Below, in pieces: positions 38,847 through 48,914 of a stretch of 64,000 bases of DNA. The stretch is from Promethearchaeia archaeon (GTDB lineage: Archaea; Asgardarchaeota; Lokiarchaeia; Sigyniarchaeales; SOKP01). The notes under the pieces are model-generated. The model did no database searches and was not told the origin of the DNA. It was given only the letters and a program-made list of their open reading frames with translations. Within the stretch, counting starts at the first letter, position 1. Every line of letters starts with the position of its first letter. The stretch is from contig JAWOCD010000057.1 in the NCBI GenBank assembly GCA_046483985.1, positions 1 to 64,000 on the forward strand, read 5' to 3'. A program made the position numbers and the translations under genes.

Positions 38847-41090
38847 TTAAAGAAAATTCTTCTTAATCTTATTTACTGCCTCCTCAACCATGGATTGTAA
38901 TTTCTCAGTTTCTATTTCCTTCTCAATTTCCTCAGAGATAATATCTTTTCTGGTTTCCAATTGAAAATTAATAATAGAATAATCTTGGTCAAGATGGAAT
39001 GGGAAAAATTCTGTGCCGCTTCCTTGATAAAACTTAAAGAAAAATTCGTAGAAATGGAGACGTATAGTATTCAAGAAAACTATAAGCCCTTCCAAGAGAA
39101 TAACGAGCATATTTCCGAAGATAAGACCCGTAATTATGAGAATTTGGTTTAAAAAAATCCAGACAATATGGTTTTCGGGGAAAGAAACCAGTCCAATCAT
39201 AGCCTCAACGGATAGCATTAAAGCAATATGAGTTAAGGCTAGAGCTAAAAGCCTTATATAAGAAGCAACATTGCTGATGATGGACAATAAGGTCTCAAAA
39301 GTTTCCATAGATCCTTCTGTGACGAGTTCTCCATAGGATTCTTCTTCTAAATAAGATACCCCCAATAATCTCCCAAGAGGTTTAGAAATAATTAATATCA
39401 ACCCAGGTATTACAGTGAGAAGAATTGGATATGGAAATTCAAACCAAGCCAAAATATCGAATCCCCATGTAAAGATTAAAATGGTTCCTGCCGTAAGCAA
39501 GCAGATTTTGAAAAATGACTCCGTTACGGCCAGATATTTTCTACTTTGTTTACAGTAATTAAGAAGCTGAATAGTCCATCCCAAATTAATATGAATTACT
39601 CCTATAATAACAGCGAATTTGAATAAAATCAAAATATCCTCTAAAGGATTATGAAAGATGGGATGAAGTGTTATTCCAAAAAAGTTATCCATTCCGAAAA
39701 ATGCTCCATAAAATAAACCACCAAAAATTGCTCCAAAACCACAATAAAAAATAATCCAACTAATATCATAGGTACTGCCCTTTTTTTTCCGGAATTTTAA
39801 TGCTCCCAATAAACCAGCTATGATTAAGACAAACCCATGACCGATATCACCAAACATAACGCCAAATAACAAGGGAAAACTTATAGCTAAAAATGGTGTG
39901 GGATCAATCTCGGAATAGGAGGGAGTTCCGTACATTTTTATTAATGTTTCGAAGGGTCTAATGTATGAAGGATTATCCATAATTGTGGGAGCTTCTTTTC
40001 TTAAATCCTCTTTCTTTTCTGATTCATCTTCTCCCCCCTCCTCAAATTTCTTCAACTCTCTTTCCTTTTCTCCTTTCCCAGAAGGTGCAGACTTATTGAT
40101 ATCTATACTCTCCAGCGTGATATGTTTTTTAAATCTTCTCTTTAGCTTATTGGAGATTTTCTCTTTTATAGGTGTAGGGACGAAAAAATCTAATCCTTGA
40201 AGGCTACTTGACACCTCCATAAATTGACGCTGTACCCAGTCATATTCTTCCACATTTTGAATAACTTCATCGATTGCAGCAAACTTTTTTAAATCTTCTT
40301 TTCTCAAACGAACTATTTCCTTATGATACTTATCCAACCGATTTTCAATCAATTCAATTTCTTTATCGATTCTCTCAAAATTTATTCCCCCCTCTTTGAT
40401 ATATTTTTTCAAAATTTGAATTTCTTCAGCATGAATGATATTTATCTTCTCTTTTAATTCATCTTCTTTATTAGCAATATAAACAATATAAAAAACAATA
40501 CGATCTTCAGAAATATGCTCTATCTCGTGTACATTAGGAAATTTCGAGAATTCAAATAGATTTTTCAACGTACTTAGATTTTTTGAATATGTAGTATATA
40601 CCTTAAAGCCCAAACGGTTGAGTTTTGATAAACTTCCTTTTTGCAGATCATACTGATCTAAAAATTGATAGGCTTTTCTAATTTGTATTATATCTTCAAG
40701 AGTAATTGTTGCCTTTGAGATATAACTTTTTAATTCATTAATTCTATTGATGTAAAAATTAAGCTCTTCCGAAATGTTATCCATGAGCTCACTCAGACTC
40801 CGCGTTTTAAAGGTAATCTTCTCTTCTTTATCTAATTCTAACGTATCAAAATCACTTCGATTAATATTGAGATTTTTAAACAAAGTCTTAAGATCCTTTC
40901 TTAATTGTTTAATTTTCTTGTAATTCTCGTCTTTTTTTCTTTCCTCAACAGGATATGATTTTCCTGACTTGGTCTTAATGTGAACATTATGGATATCTGA
41001 AAGATGGTTTATCAAGGAATCTTTATACTCTTTTTCAATTAAGGTCCTAATAAGAGTCATTTTACTTTGTCCTTTCATTTTATCCTTCAC
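38847..41090 (-). CDS. atpI: A/V-type ATPase subunit I (a)
   Basis: YGTPSYSEIDPT, MFGDIGHG, SYIRL (essential Arg), RLHFYEFF.KFY. Confidence 0.93.
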   Translation of the reverse strand: MKDKMKGQSKMTLIRTLIEKEYKDSLINHLSDIHNVHIKTKSGKSYPVEERKKDENYKKIKQLRKDLKTLFKNLNINRSDFDTLELDKEEKITFKTRSLSELMDNISEELNFYINRINELKSYISKATITLEDIIQIRKAYQFLDQYDLQKGSLSKLNRLGFKVYTTYSKNLSTLKNLFEFSKFPNVHEIEHISEDRIVFYIVYIANKEDELKEKINIIHAEEIQILKKYIKEGGINFERIDKEIELIENRLDKYHKEIVRLRKEDLKKFAAIDEVIQNVEEYDWVQRQFMEVSSSLQGLDFFVPTPIKEKISNKLKRRFKKHITLESIDINKSAPSGKGEKERELKKFEEGGEDESEKKEDLRKEAPTIMDNPSYIRPFETLIKMYGTPSYSEIDPTPFLAISFPLLFGVMFGDIGHGFVLIIAGLLGALKFRKKKGSTYDISWIIFYCGFGAIFGGLFYGAFFGMDNFFGITLHPIFHNPLEDILILFKFAVIIGVIHINLGWTIQLLNYCKQSRKYLAVTESFFKICLLTAGTILIFTWGFDILAWFEFPYPILLTVIPGLILIISKPLGRLLGVSYLEEESYGELVTEGSMETFETLLSIISNVASYIRLLALALTHIALMLSVEAMIGLVSFPENHIVWIFLNQILIITGLIFGNMLVILLEGLIVFLNTIRLHFYEFFFKFYQGSGTEFFPFHLDQDYSIINFQLETRKDIISEEIEKEIETEKLQSMVEEAVNKIKKNFL

Positions 41091-41094
41091 TCTA

Positions 41095-41733
41095 TTATCG
41101 TTCTTTTTTTTTTAGTAAATCCTTGGTTTTTTTAAATCTCACAAAATTTTCTCTTTGCTCTTCTTCTAAAATATCTTTAATTTTTTCGATATTTAACTCA
41201 AGGTCGGGAATTAGTACGTTCTTGAGACCATTGATACGGCGATTTACTTTTTCATAATCAAATCCTGCCTTATACATGATATTTTCACTCTCGGCAAAGG
41301 AAATTATCTTAAGCATGAATTGTTTTAACATCTCTATTAAATCGTCTAAATGAGAGGTTGTAGAATCAAAGGAATAGGGAGGTAAATTCTTTTTCTTCCA
41401 TTTAAAATTTATTTTTGGAATGATGATCTCTTTTTCTTTTGAATAATTGACCTCTACTTTCGGACTATAATGGATAGAACTAAATTTGCTAATGAGATTC
41501 AAGGCTCGTTTGCCCATTTTTTCGTAGATTACGTTTAATTTGAGAATTATTTTCCTATAATAATTTAAAAAGTCTTCTCTTCGAGAGTTATATTCTGGCC
41601 ACGTATCTTTAATAAGATTCATAAGAAATTGACGCTTAAATTTTAAAAATTTTTCACCTCTCTGTATAAAATCCAATTTCTTTTTTAATTCAATTAAATT
41701 AGTTTTGGTCGGCTTTACATCTCGAAAACTCAT
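41095..41733 (-). CDS. atpD: A/V-type ATPase subunit D
   Basis: PTKTNL..LK, RRINGL...LIP, LEEEQRENFVR.K. Confidence 0.9.
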   Translation of the reverse strand: MSFRDVKPTKTNLIELKKKLDFIQRGEKFLKFKRQFLMNLIKDTWPEYNSRREDFLNYYRKIILKLNVIYEKMGKRALNLISKFSSIHYSPKVEVNYSKEKEIIIPKINFKWKKKNLPPYSFDSTTSHLDDLIEMLKQFMLKIISFAESENIMYKAGFDYEKVNRRINGLKNVLIPDLELNIEKIKDILEEEQRENFVRFKKTKDLLKKKER

Positions 41734-41734
41734 C

Positions 41735-43123
41735 TTACAACCTCTTTGTATAATACTTTCTAATAAAGTCTTGATGGATCCGATTTAGATGTTCCTTTGG
41801 AACTACAGAAAGAACATTCCATGCAAGATCAAAGGTCTCCGTGAAACTCCTATCCTCATCTTGATCTTGATCCAGAAACTCATTTTCAAAAGCATCGGCA
41901 AAATCCAATAGAAATTTTTGTTCTCTATTCAAGCCTTCTTCTCCGACAATGGAAATTAAATCCCGAACTTCAAGAGCATCGGAGTAGGAAGCTAATATCT
42001 GGGAAGCTATATCGGAATGATCTTCACGGGTCTTTTTTTCTCCTATGGCGTCCTTCATCAACCTTGAAATTGAAGAGATTACCTCAAATGGGGGATAAAT
42101 TCCTTTTTTATCCAAATCTCTATCAAAAACCAGTTGTCCTTCTGTAATATATCTGGTTGTATCTGGAACGGGATGTGAGATATCATCATTCGGCATAGTA
42201 AGTATCGGAATTTGTGTTATTGAGCCTTTTTTATTTTTTATTTTCCCCGTTCTTTCATAAAGGGATGCCAAATCAGAATAGAGATAACCGGGATATCCCT
42301 TTTTACTAGGAATTTCTTCTTTCGCCGCACTTAATTCTCTTAAGGCCTCAGCATAATTTGTGATATCCACTAAAACTACCAGCACATGCATATCTTTTTC
42401 AAAAGCAAAATATTCCGCAGTAGTTAAAGCCACACGTGGTATAATTAATCGTTCCATGATAGGATCATCTGCAAAATTAATAAACGAAATGATATTTTTG
42501 ATGTTTCCGCCTTCTTTAAATTTTTCAGCAAAATATCTTGCTTCATCTTGTATGATCCCAATCCCACAGAAAATAATTAAGAATGGCTCTCCACTTAATA
42601 CTTTTGCTTGAGTCACAATTTGTGCGGCTAATTTATTATGAGGGAGCCCTTGTCCGCTAAAAATGGGAAGATTCTGACCTCTGATGAGCGTAAATAGCCC
42701 GTCGATCACAGATACACCAGTCTGGATAACTACTGACGGATACTCACGACCAAATGGATTTATCGGAGAACTATTAATATCTAATTTATCACCTGTTAAA
42801 ATAGAAGAATCCAACGGTCTTTTTGTTGATATATCAATTGGTTGGCCTAAAGAATTAAAAGTATGTCCCAACATATCTTCAGAAACAGATAGTTTAAAAC
42901 TTTCATTAGTAAAGATAACTTCTGAGTTTTCGGAAGATAGACCGGTGGTATCTTCAAAAACTTCAAGCACAATAATATCCTCATCCATCCTTACCACTTC
43001 TCCGGTTCTAATTTTATCATTCGTTTTTATTTTCACGATTTCTCCATACTTTGGACGATGTTTATTTTTCAAAAACACTAAGGGGCCCACTATTTCTCGA
43101 ATCCTCTTATAGATAACGCTCAT
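41735..43123 (-). CDS. atpB: A/V-type ATPase subunit B
   Basis: LPIFSGQGLPHN, PRVALTTAEY, GYPGYLYSDL, MPNDDISHPVPD, SRLM. Confidence 0.95.
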   Translation of the reverse strand: MSVIYKRIREIVGPLVFLKNKHRPKYGEIVKIKTNDKIRTGEVVRMDEDIIVLEVFEDTTGLSSENSEVIFTNESFKLSVSEDMLGHTFNSLGQPIDISTKRPLDSSILTGDKLDINSSPINPFGREYPSVVIQTGVSVIDGLFTLIRGQNLPIFSGQGLPHNKLAAQIVTQAKVLSGEPFLIIFCGIGIIQDEARYFAEKFKEGGNIKNIISFINFADDPIMERLIIPRVALTTAEYFAFEKDMHVLVVLVDITNYAEALRELSAAKEEIPSKKGYPGYLYSDLASLYERTGKIKNKKGSITQIPILTMPNDDISHPVPDTTRYITEGQLVFDRDLDKKGIYPPFEVISSISRLMKDAIGEKKTREDHSDIASQILASYSDALEVRDLISIVGEEGLNREQKFLLDFADAFENEFLDQDQDEDRSFTETFDLAWNVLSVVPKEHLNRIHQDFIRKYYTKRL

Positions 43124-44976
43124 GACTGTTCACCCCCGTAAATTAATCTTAAATGTTCAAAGCTGCTCAGCATTTCTTTTTTAAGTTCTATCATACGTTC
43201 AAAATCATCATTAGGTATTTCGGATTTCATCCGTAAAAATTTATCTACAATATCCATATTTTTAATATCTTCAATAAGGACCCCCCTATTTAGGATTTCT
43301 TTTGCTCGATTGTAAAATAATAGAATTAATTTAGCCATTGCCATTAATTTTTCAGTAGAAGTAAAATTATCAATATCATCGAAAGCATTTTGGATTAAAA
43401 ATCCCTCTTGAATAATTCTTGCTACAAATAGGGTAAGTTGTTGGTCTTGCGACAAGCTTTGCTCTCCGACTAATTGTGCTACATTTTTTAACTCATCTTC
43501 CTTGGAAAGCAGATCGTTTATCTGAATACGACATTCATACCAATCAAGATCAATTTCTGACCAATCGATATCTTGTTCAAAGTACCAATCAGCAATATTA
43601 TCGGGATAATTCGAATAGGATTTCAGCCAGTTAATTGCCGGATAATGCTTATTATAGGCAAGATTCGCATCCAGAGGCCAAAAGGCTCGTACAAATCTTT
43701 TTGTATTGGCTGTAACGGGTTCACTAAAATCACCCGAAGGAGGAGATATCGAGCCAATAATAGAAAGGGATCCTGTACGTCTTTTATTAGTGACGGTATT
43801 ACCAATGGACATTATAACACCTGCTCTTTCGTAAAATGCCGAAAGTCTCGAAGGAAGATATGCAGGGTAACCTTCTTCGGCAGGCATCTCTTCTAGAAGG
43901 GCAGAAAGTTCACGTAATGCTTCAGCCCATCGAGAGGTACTGTCGGCTAATAAGGTAACATTATAGCCCATGTCACGATAATACTCTGCGATTGTAATAC
44001 CAGAAAATATGCTTGATTCTCTTGCCGAAACGGGCATATTAGGGGTATTGGCAATTAAAACAGTACGTTCCATTAAGGGTCGACCGCCCCAAGGATCAGT
44101 TAGCTTACTGAATTCTTCTAAGATATTAGCCATTTCGTTGCCACGTATTCCACAGCCCACAAAAATAATGATATCAGCATCACTAAATTTGGCAATGGAC
44201 TGCTGAATCACAGTTTTGCCCGTTCCGACCGCTCCAGGGATCGCAACACAACCTCCCTTCGCAACAGGAAATAATAAGTCAATTACACGTATTCCTGTTT
44301 GCAGAGGTACATCTGGATTTAATTTTTTATAAAAGGGTCTGTTTTCCATAATTGGCCATTTTTGGACCATATTATACGATTTTTCGGTGCCCTTTGTTTT
44401 TAAACAATAAATCTCCTCGTCAATGGTGTATTCTCCTTCCTCAGCTATCATGGTTATTTGACCCCCCTCTCCAAAAGGAACCATTATTTTGTGGGAAATT
44501 GACTCGGTCTCCTGAACAACTCCAATTATGTCTCCTTCTGAAATATGATCATTTTCTGATTTTGACGGTGTGAAGTGCCATTTTTTGGTTCGGGAGAGGG
44601 CTGGAACATCTAACCCTCGCTCTAAAAAGCCTACACGTTCGGACCTTTTATATAGATCCTCTAAAGGGCGTTGAATGCCGTCAAATACATTCGATAATAA
44701 GCCTGGAGCTAATTCCATTGATAGTGGTTCATGTAAATTTTTAACTTTCTCCTTTAATTGAAGTTCATTAGTATCTTGAAAACATCGTACTACAACCCGA
44801 TCTTTTAAGATCTGAAGTACTTCACCAATAATATTCTGCTCTTCGATTTTTATAAGATCGTGAAGTCGAATGTCGGTTTCTAAACCTTTTACTTCAATCA
44901 CAGAGCCTTTGACCGCTGAAATATAACCGAAGTTATTTTCTTCTTCTAGTTCACTCGATTTTTCAGATTCGCTCAT
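43120..44976 (-). CDS. atpA: A/V-type ATPase subunit A (catalytic Glu position is Ile)
   Basis: DGIQRPL, GAVGTGKT, GCGIRGNEM, ADSTSRWAEALRE, EEGYPAYL, GDFSEPVT. Confidence 0.95.
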   Translation of the reverse strand: MSESEKSSELEEENNFGYISAVKGSVIEVKGLETDIRLHDLIKIEEQNIIGEVLQILKDRVVVRCFQDTNELQLKEKVKNLHEPLSMELAPGLLSNVFDGIQRPLEDLYKRSERVGFLERGLDVPALSRTKKWHFTPSKSENDHISEGDIIGVVQETESISHKIMVPFGEGGQITMIAEEGEYTIDEEIYCLKTKGTEKSYNMVQKWPIMENRPFYKKLNPDVPLQTGIRVIDLLFPVAKGGCVAIPGAVGTGKTVIQQSIAKFSDADIIIFVGCGIRGNEMANILEEFSKLTDPWGGRPLMERTVLIANTPNMPVSARESSIFSGITIAEYYRDMGYNVTLLADSTSRWAEALRELSALLEEMPAEEGYPAYLPSRLSAFYERAGVIMSIGNTVTNKRRTGSLSIIGSISPPSGDFSEPVTANTKRFVRAFWPLDANLAYNKHYPAINWLKSYSNYPDNIADWYFEQDIDWSEIDLDWYECRIQINDLLSKEDELKNVAQLVGEQSLSQDQQLTLFVARIIQEGFLIQNAFDDIDNFTSTEKLMAMAKLILLFYNRAKEILNRGVLIEDIKNMDIVDKFLRMKSEIPNDDFERMIELKKEMLSSFEHLRLIYGGEQS

Positions 44977-45688
44977 ATTCTTTCAAATATTCTTTCATTT
45001 CTGATTTTTTTTTCTCAGTAAATTGTTCAAATTCTTGTAGAATTTTATCTATTCCCTCATCCGAGACAATTTTAGAAAATTCTCGTTCAATATAATCTGA
45101 ATACTGCTCAAACAAATTATCTATTGTAGAATCATAAGAAATCTGTTCTTCTTCTATATATATCTTAAATCCCCCGGTGAATGCTTTAGATCCTTTCTCA
45201 AGTTGGAAACTATTTTGGATATTTTCTTTCAAAACGTTGATCTTATCCTTAAAATAATCATAATCACGAGCATTTAAAATTAATACAAATTCTTGGGAAG
45301 ATTCAATATTTTCCTCACAAATTGACTGTAAATTTTTTTTGATAAACTCTTGATAACTTTTATAATTACCTTTTATCTTATCTCCGATAAAATCGTGAAT
45401 CCCCCGTTTTAAATCATTTAGAAGAAAGCTTTTCAAATTTAAAAACCCTTCTTTGAATCTTAAACTGACGGAAGAGAATTTCTGGTTGATCGTTGATCGA
45501 TATGTCTCCTTGAAAGATTTTTTTACTTTCTTAGACTCTTGCTCTGCTTTTTCCATATATTTCTTTTTAATTTCTGCTTTTTGAAACAATGTATCTTGTC
45601 TTAATTCTTTAATTTCGTTTTGAACGTCATTTACAAGAGTAAGTCCTAATTTTCCAAATCTTTCTTTTAAATCTTTTTTCTCAGCCAT
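44963..45688 (-). CDS. atpE: A/V-type ATPase subunit E
   Basis: N-terminal coiled coil, LNARD, GGF, YDSTID; operon position. Confidence 0.8.
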   Translation of the reverse strand: MAEKKDLKERFGKLGLTLVNDVQNEIKELRQDTLFQKAEIKKKYMEKAEQESKKVKKSFKETYRSTINQKFSSVSLRFKEGFLNLKSFLLNDLKRGIHDFIGDKIKGNYKSYQEFIKKNLQSICEENIESSQEFVLILNARDYDYFKDKINVLKENIQNSFQLEKGSKAFTGGFKIYIEEEQISYDSTIDNLFEQYSDYIEREFSKIVSDEGIDKILQEFEQFTEKKKSEMKEYLKEYERI

Positions 45689-45699
45689 TGTAATTCTTC

Positions 45700-46023
45700 T
45701 TACTTATTTACTATTTCTCCAACTGATTTTATAATTTTTCTGTGGAATAAGTCATTTTCCTCAACATTTGGTTGTAATAAATTAGGAAGATAAAAAATGA
45801 CTGGTCTTCTGTGGGTAAGTTTATAATTAATCACGGTATCCATAATATCCGAAGGCAAATTAATGGCAATAATAATTAACCCCACCTTAGGATCTTGAGT
45901 TAATTCATTAAATTTCTCTAAGAAGTTTTCAGCTTTTTCTACGATTGACCCTCTTATCCCGATGATTCCCAATAATAATACTATATCATCGTGTCCAATA
46001 ACATGAATATCTAATTCCGTCAT
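45700..46023 (-). CDS. atpF: A/V-type ATPase subunit F
   Basis: IHVIG.DD.V..LG..GI, VGLIII, IIKSVG. Confidence 0.85.
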   Translation of the reverse strand: MTELDIHVIGHDDIVLLLGIIGIRGSIVEKAENFLEKFNELTQDPKVGLIIIAINLPSDIMDTVINYKLTHRRPVIFYLPNLLQPNVEENDLFHRKIIKSVGEIVNK

Positions 46024-46027
46024 TTTA

Positions 46028-46360
46028 TTAAAAACCTAATCCTATTTTTTCTAAAACTTTATTTTGTAATTTTCCTTTCTGATTATTGTATTCCTCTCGT
46101 ATATTATCCAATTCTTCTTGAAATTCTTCCTCAACTTCATCAATTTTAGTATTCAAGTCATTGGTTAATCTCCCTAAAGCACGATTCACGATTTCATTCT
46201 TTTCTTTTGCCAGACTTTCATTTCTTTTTTCTTGATCCCTTCTAAGGGCTTGAATTTCAGATAAAATTTCACTTTTAGTATTTTCCATCAAGTCATTACA
46301 TAAATCTTCTATATAAGTAATCCATTTGAAAATATTCATTATTTTCTCCTCATCTCTCAT
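46028..46360 (-). CDS. Probable peripheral-stalk subunit H/G
   Basis: 110-aa coiled coil inside the ATPase operon. Confidence 0.65.
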   Translation of the reverse strand: MRDEEKIMNIFKWITYIEDLCNDLMENTKSEILSEIQALRRDQEKRNESLAKEKNEIVNRALGRLTNDLNTKIDEVEEEFQEELDNIREEYNNQKGKLQNKVLEKIGLGF

Positions 46361-46364
46361 CTAT

Positions 46365-47450
46365 TTATTCAAAATCCTCATTACTAATTTGATCTTTTAG
46401 AGAATAATATTTGTGGTGAAGAATCTTTACAACCTTAGGCAAGATATAACTCTCTATCTCTCTTTTCTTTTTAAGGATAACTTCTATAATACGCAATATT
46501 GTCAATAGATCTATATCATCAATTTGCACTTGTTTAAACTTATTAAAGTAATAAGAATAATATAATCTTTTAACATAATCTTCAAAATTTTTCTCTTCCA
46601 GTTTTCGCTCGTCGAATAATCCCTTTAATTCTTCTGCTTCTGTATTAAAGAAATTTTTTAACTCTGCGAAAAACGCACTTTGGGAATTTTTATATAGGAG
46701 AGTTTGAATCATATCATTCTCCAAAAATAAATGATGATCCACAATAAATTGTTTTAACAATTCCTTTTCAATTTCGTTTATGATCCCCCTATATATCGTG
46801 TTTAAATTATATATTTCCACAACTAAACTAAGATACGGCTTAATAAGCTTTTTTTCTTTTCTATTTAAATCAACATTAAGATTTGCCATACGATCATAAT
46901 AAATTTTATCCAAAAAAGCCTCCAATACGAATATCTCGTTATTTTTTCTAAAATATAAGATTCCTTCCCTTATCGCTTTTTCATATTGAGTATCTCTCAT
47001 AAATAGCTGGATTTCATCTAATGAGTGTATTTCTACTAACTCATTCATAAACTCTTCTTTATCGAGCAATTCCTCTACATTAATGTTAATATTCTTCCGT
47101 TTCTGTTTTAAAGGTGTGCCTAAGATCGTATCAATGACTGCCTGTTTTATATTTCTGATTTCAAATTTAAGGAGATATCTTTTGAGTAATGATCTCATTG
47201 TATCGGGAGAATAAACTATGATTTGCCCTACAACATTTATATAACTGTTATATAATTCTCCTTCAATTTGTTCGATTGTATATTCATCAATGGAGAAATC
47301 AGGATAAAAAGGGGTAACAAACTCAACAAATTTTTCAATCTCATCTAATTCTTCTAAGCGGTTAAGCGAATCTTGATCCATTATTAATTTCTTTAAAAAC
47401 CCAATCTTAATATACGTATAAGCATAGGATGGTATAATCGCGCTCGTTAA
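46365..47450 (-). CDS. atpC: A/V-type ATPase subunit C (d); frame open upstream of the first ATG (47381)
   Basis: FEIRNIK, LEAFLDKIYY, EIYNL..IYRG; upstream in-frame SYAYTYIKIG matches the subunit C N-terminal motif. Confidence 0.8.
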   Translation of the reverse strand, partial: LTSAIIPSYAYTYIKIGFLKKLIMDQDSLNRLEELDEIEKFVEFVTPFYPDFSIDEYTIEQIEGELYNSYINVVGQIIVYSPDTMRSLLKRYLLKFEIRNIKQAVIDTILGTPLKQKRKNININVEELLDKEEFMNELVEIHSLDEIQLFMRDTQYEKAIREGILYFRKNNEIFVLEAFLDKIYYDRMANLNVDLNRKEKKLIKPYLSLVVEIYNLNTIYRGIINEIEKELLKQFIVDHHLFLENDMIQTLLYKNSQSAFFAELKNFFNTEAEELKGLFDERKLEEKNFEDYVKRLYYSYYFNKFKQVQIDDIDLLTILRIIEVILKKKREIESYILPKVVKILHHKYYSLKDQISNEDFE

Positions 47451-47521
47451 CTATACACCAAATTTAAATTATTAAAAATAATTTTCAAATCAATTTATAC
47501 AATATTCTATTTCTTATGCTT

Positions 47522-47917
47522 TTAAGCCGGAGGTTGTGGAATTTTTGTCCATAATAATATTGCTACAATTAACCCATAAACTGCCAATGCTTCACACAAG
47601 GCAACGATTAAAAAGGCCTTGAAAAAAGACTCTTCTCTCTCTGCCAATGAGGAAATTGCCGCTGTTCCAACAGTTTTCATCGCCCATGCACTTCCCAAAA
47701 CCGCTGCACTCACCGAAATTGCTGCGGAGATGGCTAAGTATGTTGAAGTTGGAGTGTTGTAATAATCAAAAGATCCTTTTTCAGTTTGAGCTGCAACAAA
47801 TGTGGTAATTCCGTTAATGCTGAAAAATACAACGAAGATTAACACGAGTTGAAATCCAGCTAATAAAAAATAAAATTTTCGCTTCTCGTTCATTTCAATT
47901 TCATCAAAAGTTGTCAA
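47522..47917 (-). CDS. atpK: A/V-type ATPase proteolipid subunit K (c) with an extra N-terminal hydrophobic helix
   Basis: One hairpin with ALCEALAVYGL (ion-binding Glu), preceded by a third hydrophobic segment. Confidence 0.9.
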   Translation of the reverse strand: MTTFDEIEMNEKRKFYFLLAGFQLVLIFVVFFSINGITTFVAAQTEKGSFDYYNTPTSTYLAISAAISVSAAVLGSAWAMKTVGTAAISSLAEREESFFKAFLIVALCEALAVYGLIVAILLWTKIPQPPA

Positions 47918-48052
47918 TAATAAATTAAATATAAAATTTAAATGAAGAATATGAACGATTTTTAAAAAATTTTCAGATAAGAAAAAAATTTTTAAGGAGA
48001 AAAATAATTAATTTTAAAGAAATTTAGTAATGAAATAAAATGGGAGAACTAG

Positions 48053-48697
48053 TTACTTATGAATTATAACACGTATTAGGTCTGCAATATCGTGTATTCG
48101 ATCTGCCATTTCCTCAAGGATTGTTATACTGTCTCGAATTTTAAGCATGGGTCTAACACCGAGGCTTTTATTATCATAGATATAATTGAGAAAATCTCGA
48201 AAAATAGTATCAATTCGATTTTCAATTTCATGGATCATTGTGGTGTTCTCAAATACTTTATCCGGATTGGTCTGAAGATTTTTAATCGTGAGTTTGAATG
48301 TGTCAGCCATCTCAATTAATTTATTGATTAATTTATGGAAACGTTTCTGCATTTGTTCGTTTAATTCCATGTCAATAAAGGCCAAAAGATCTACGAATTC
48401 TAAGGCACAATTAATTACATTATCCATTCTTAATGCCAAAGTCATATAATCTCCCAAATCACGGGCTAAATCCGCTTGTGAATAATCTTGAATTAACCTG
48501 ATTTTAATGTCATCAGCATCTTCCTCAGATAATTGCATTTTATGTCTCTTTTTCTTTAAACTCTCTTTATTCCCTTCACGGTCTTCAATCCAACTCGAAT
48601 AGTATACTGCCATATCGCTAATTACAGAATAGATTAATCTGGAATGCTCTATTAATTGAGCAATGATTTCTTGCTTTACTTTGTTATTCATTGACAT
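48053..48697 (-). CDS. DUF47 / PhoU-like phosphate transport regulator
   Basis: SEEDADDIK, IENRID, LEEMADRIHDIAD. Confidence 0.85.
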   Translation of the reverse strand: MSMNNKVKQEIIAQLIEHSRLIYSVISDMAVYYSSWIEDREGNKESLKKKRHKMQLSEEDADDIKIRLIQDYSQADLARDLGDYMTLALRMDNVINCALEFVDLLAFIDMELNEQMQKRFHKLINKLIEMADTFKLTIKNLQTNPDKVFENTTMIHEIENRIDTIFRDFLNYIYDNKSLGVRPMLKIRDSITILEEMADRIHDIADLIRVIIHK

Positions 48698-48914
48698 TTC
48701 TTGTCAGCCTTATTTGATCTTATTTATATTTTTTATTTTTCTTATTAATTATTGTTATTAACATGAATATAATAAAATTATACATTAAAAATGCTTTGTG
48801 TAGGTTAAGAGATCTTTTTCAATTTTAAACGTTTAAGAAAACTAGCTAAATTTTATCTAATGAAGATCAACAGAAAATAAATGTTAAAAATATTTTTTAA
48901 TTTTAGAAAGTAAG

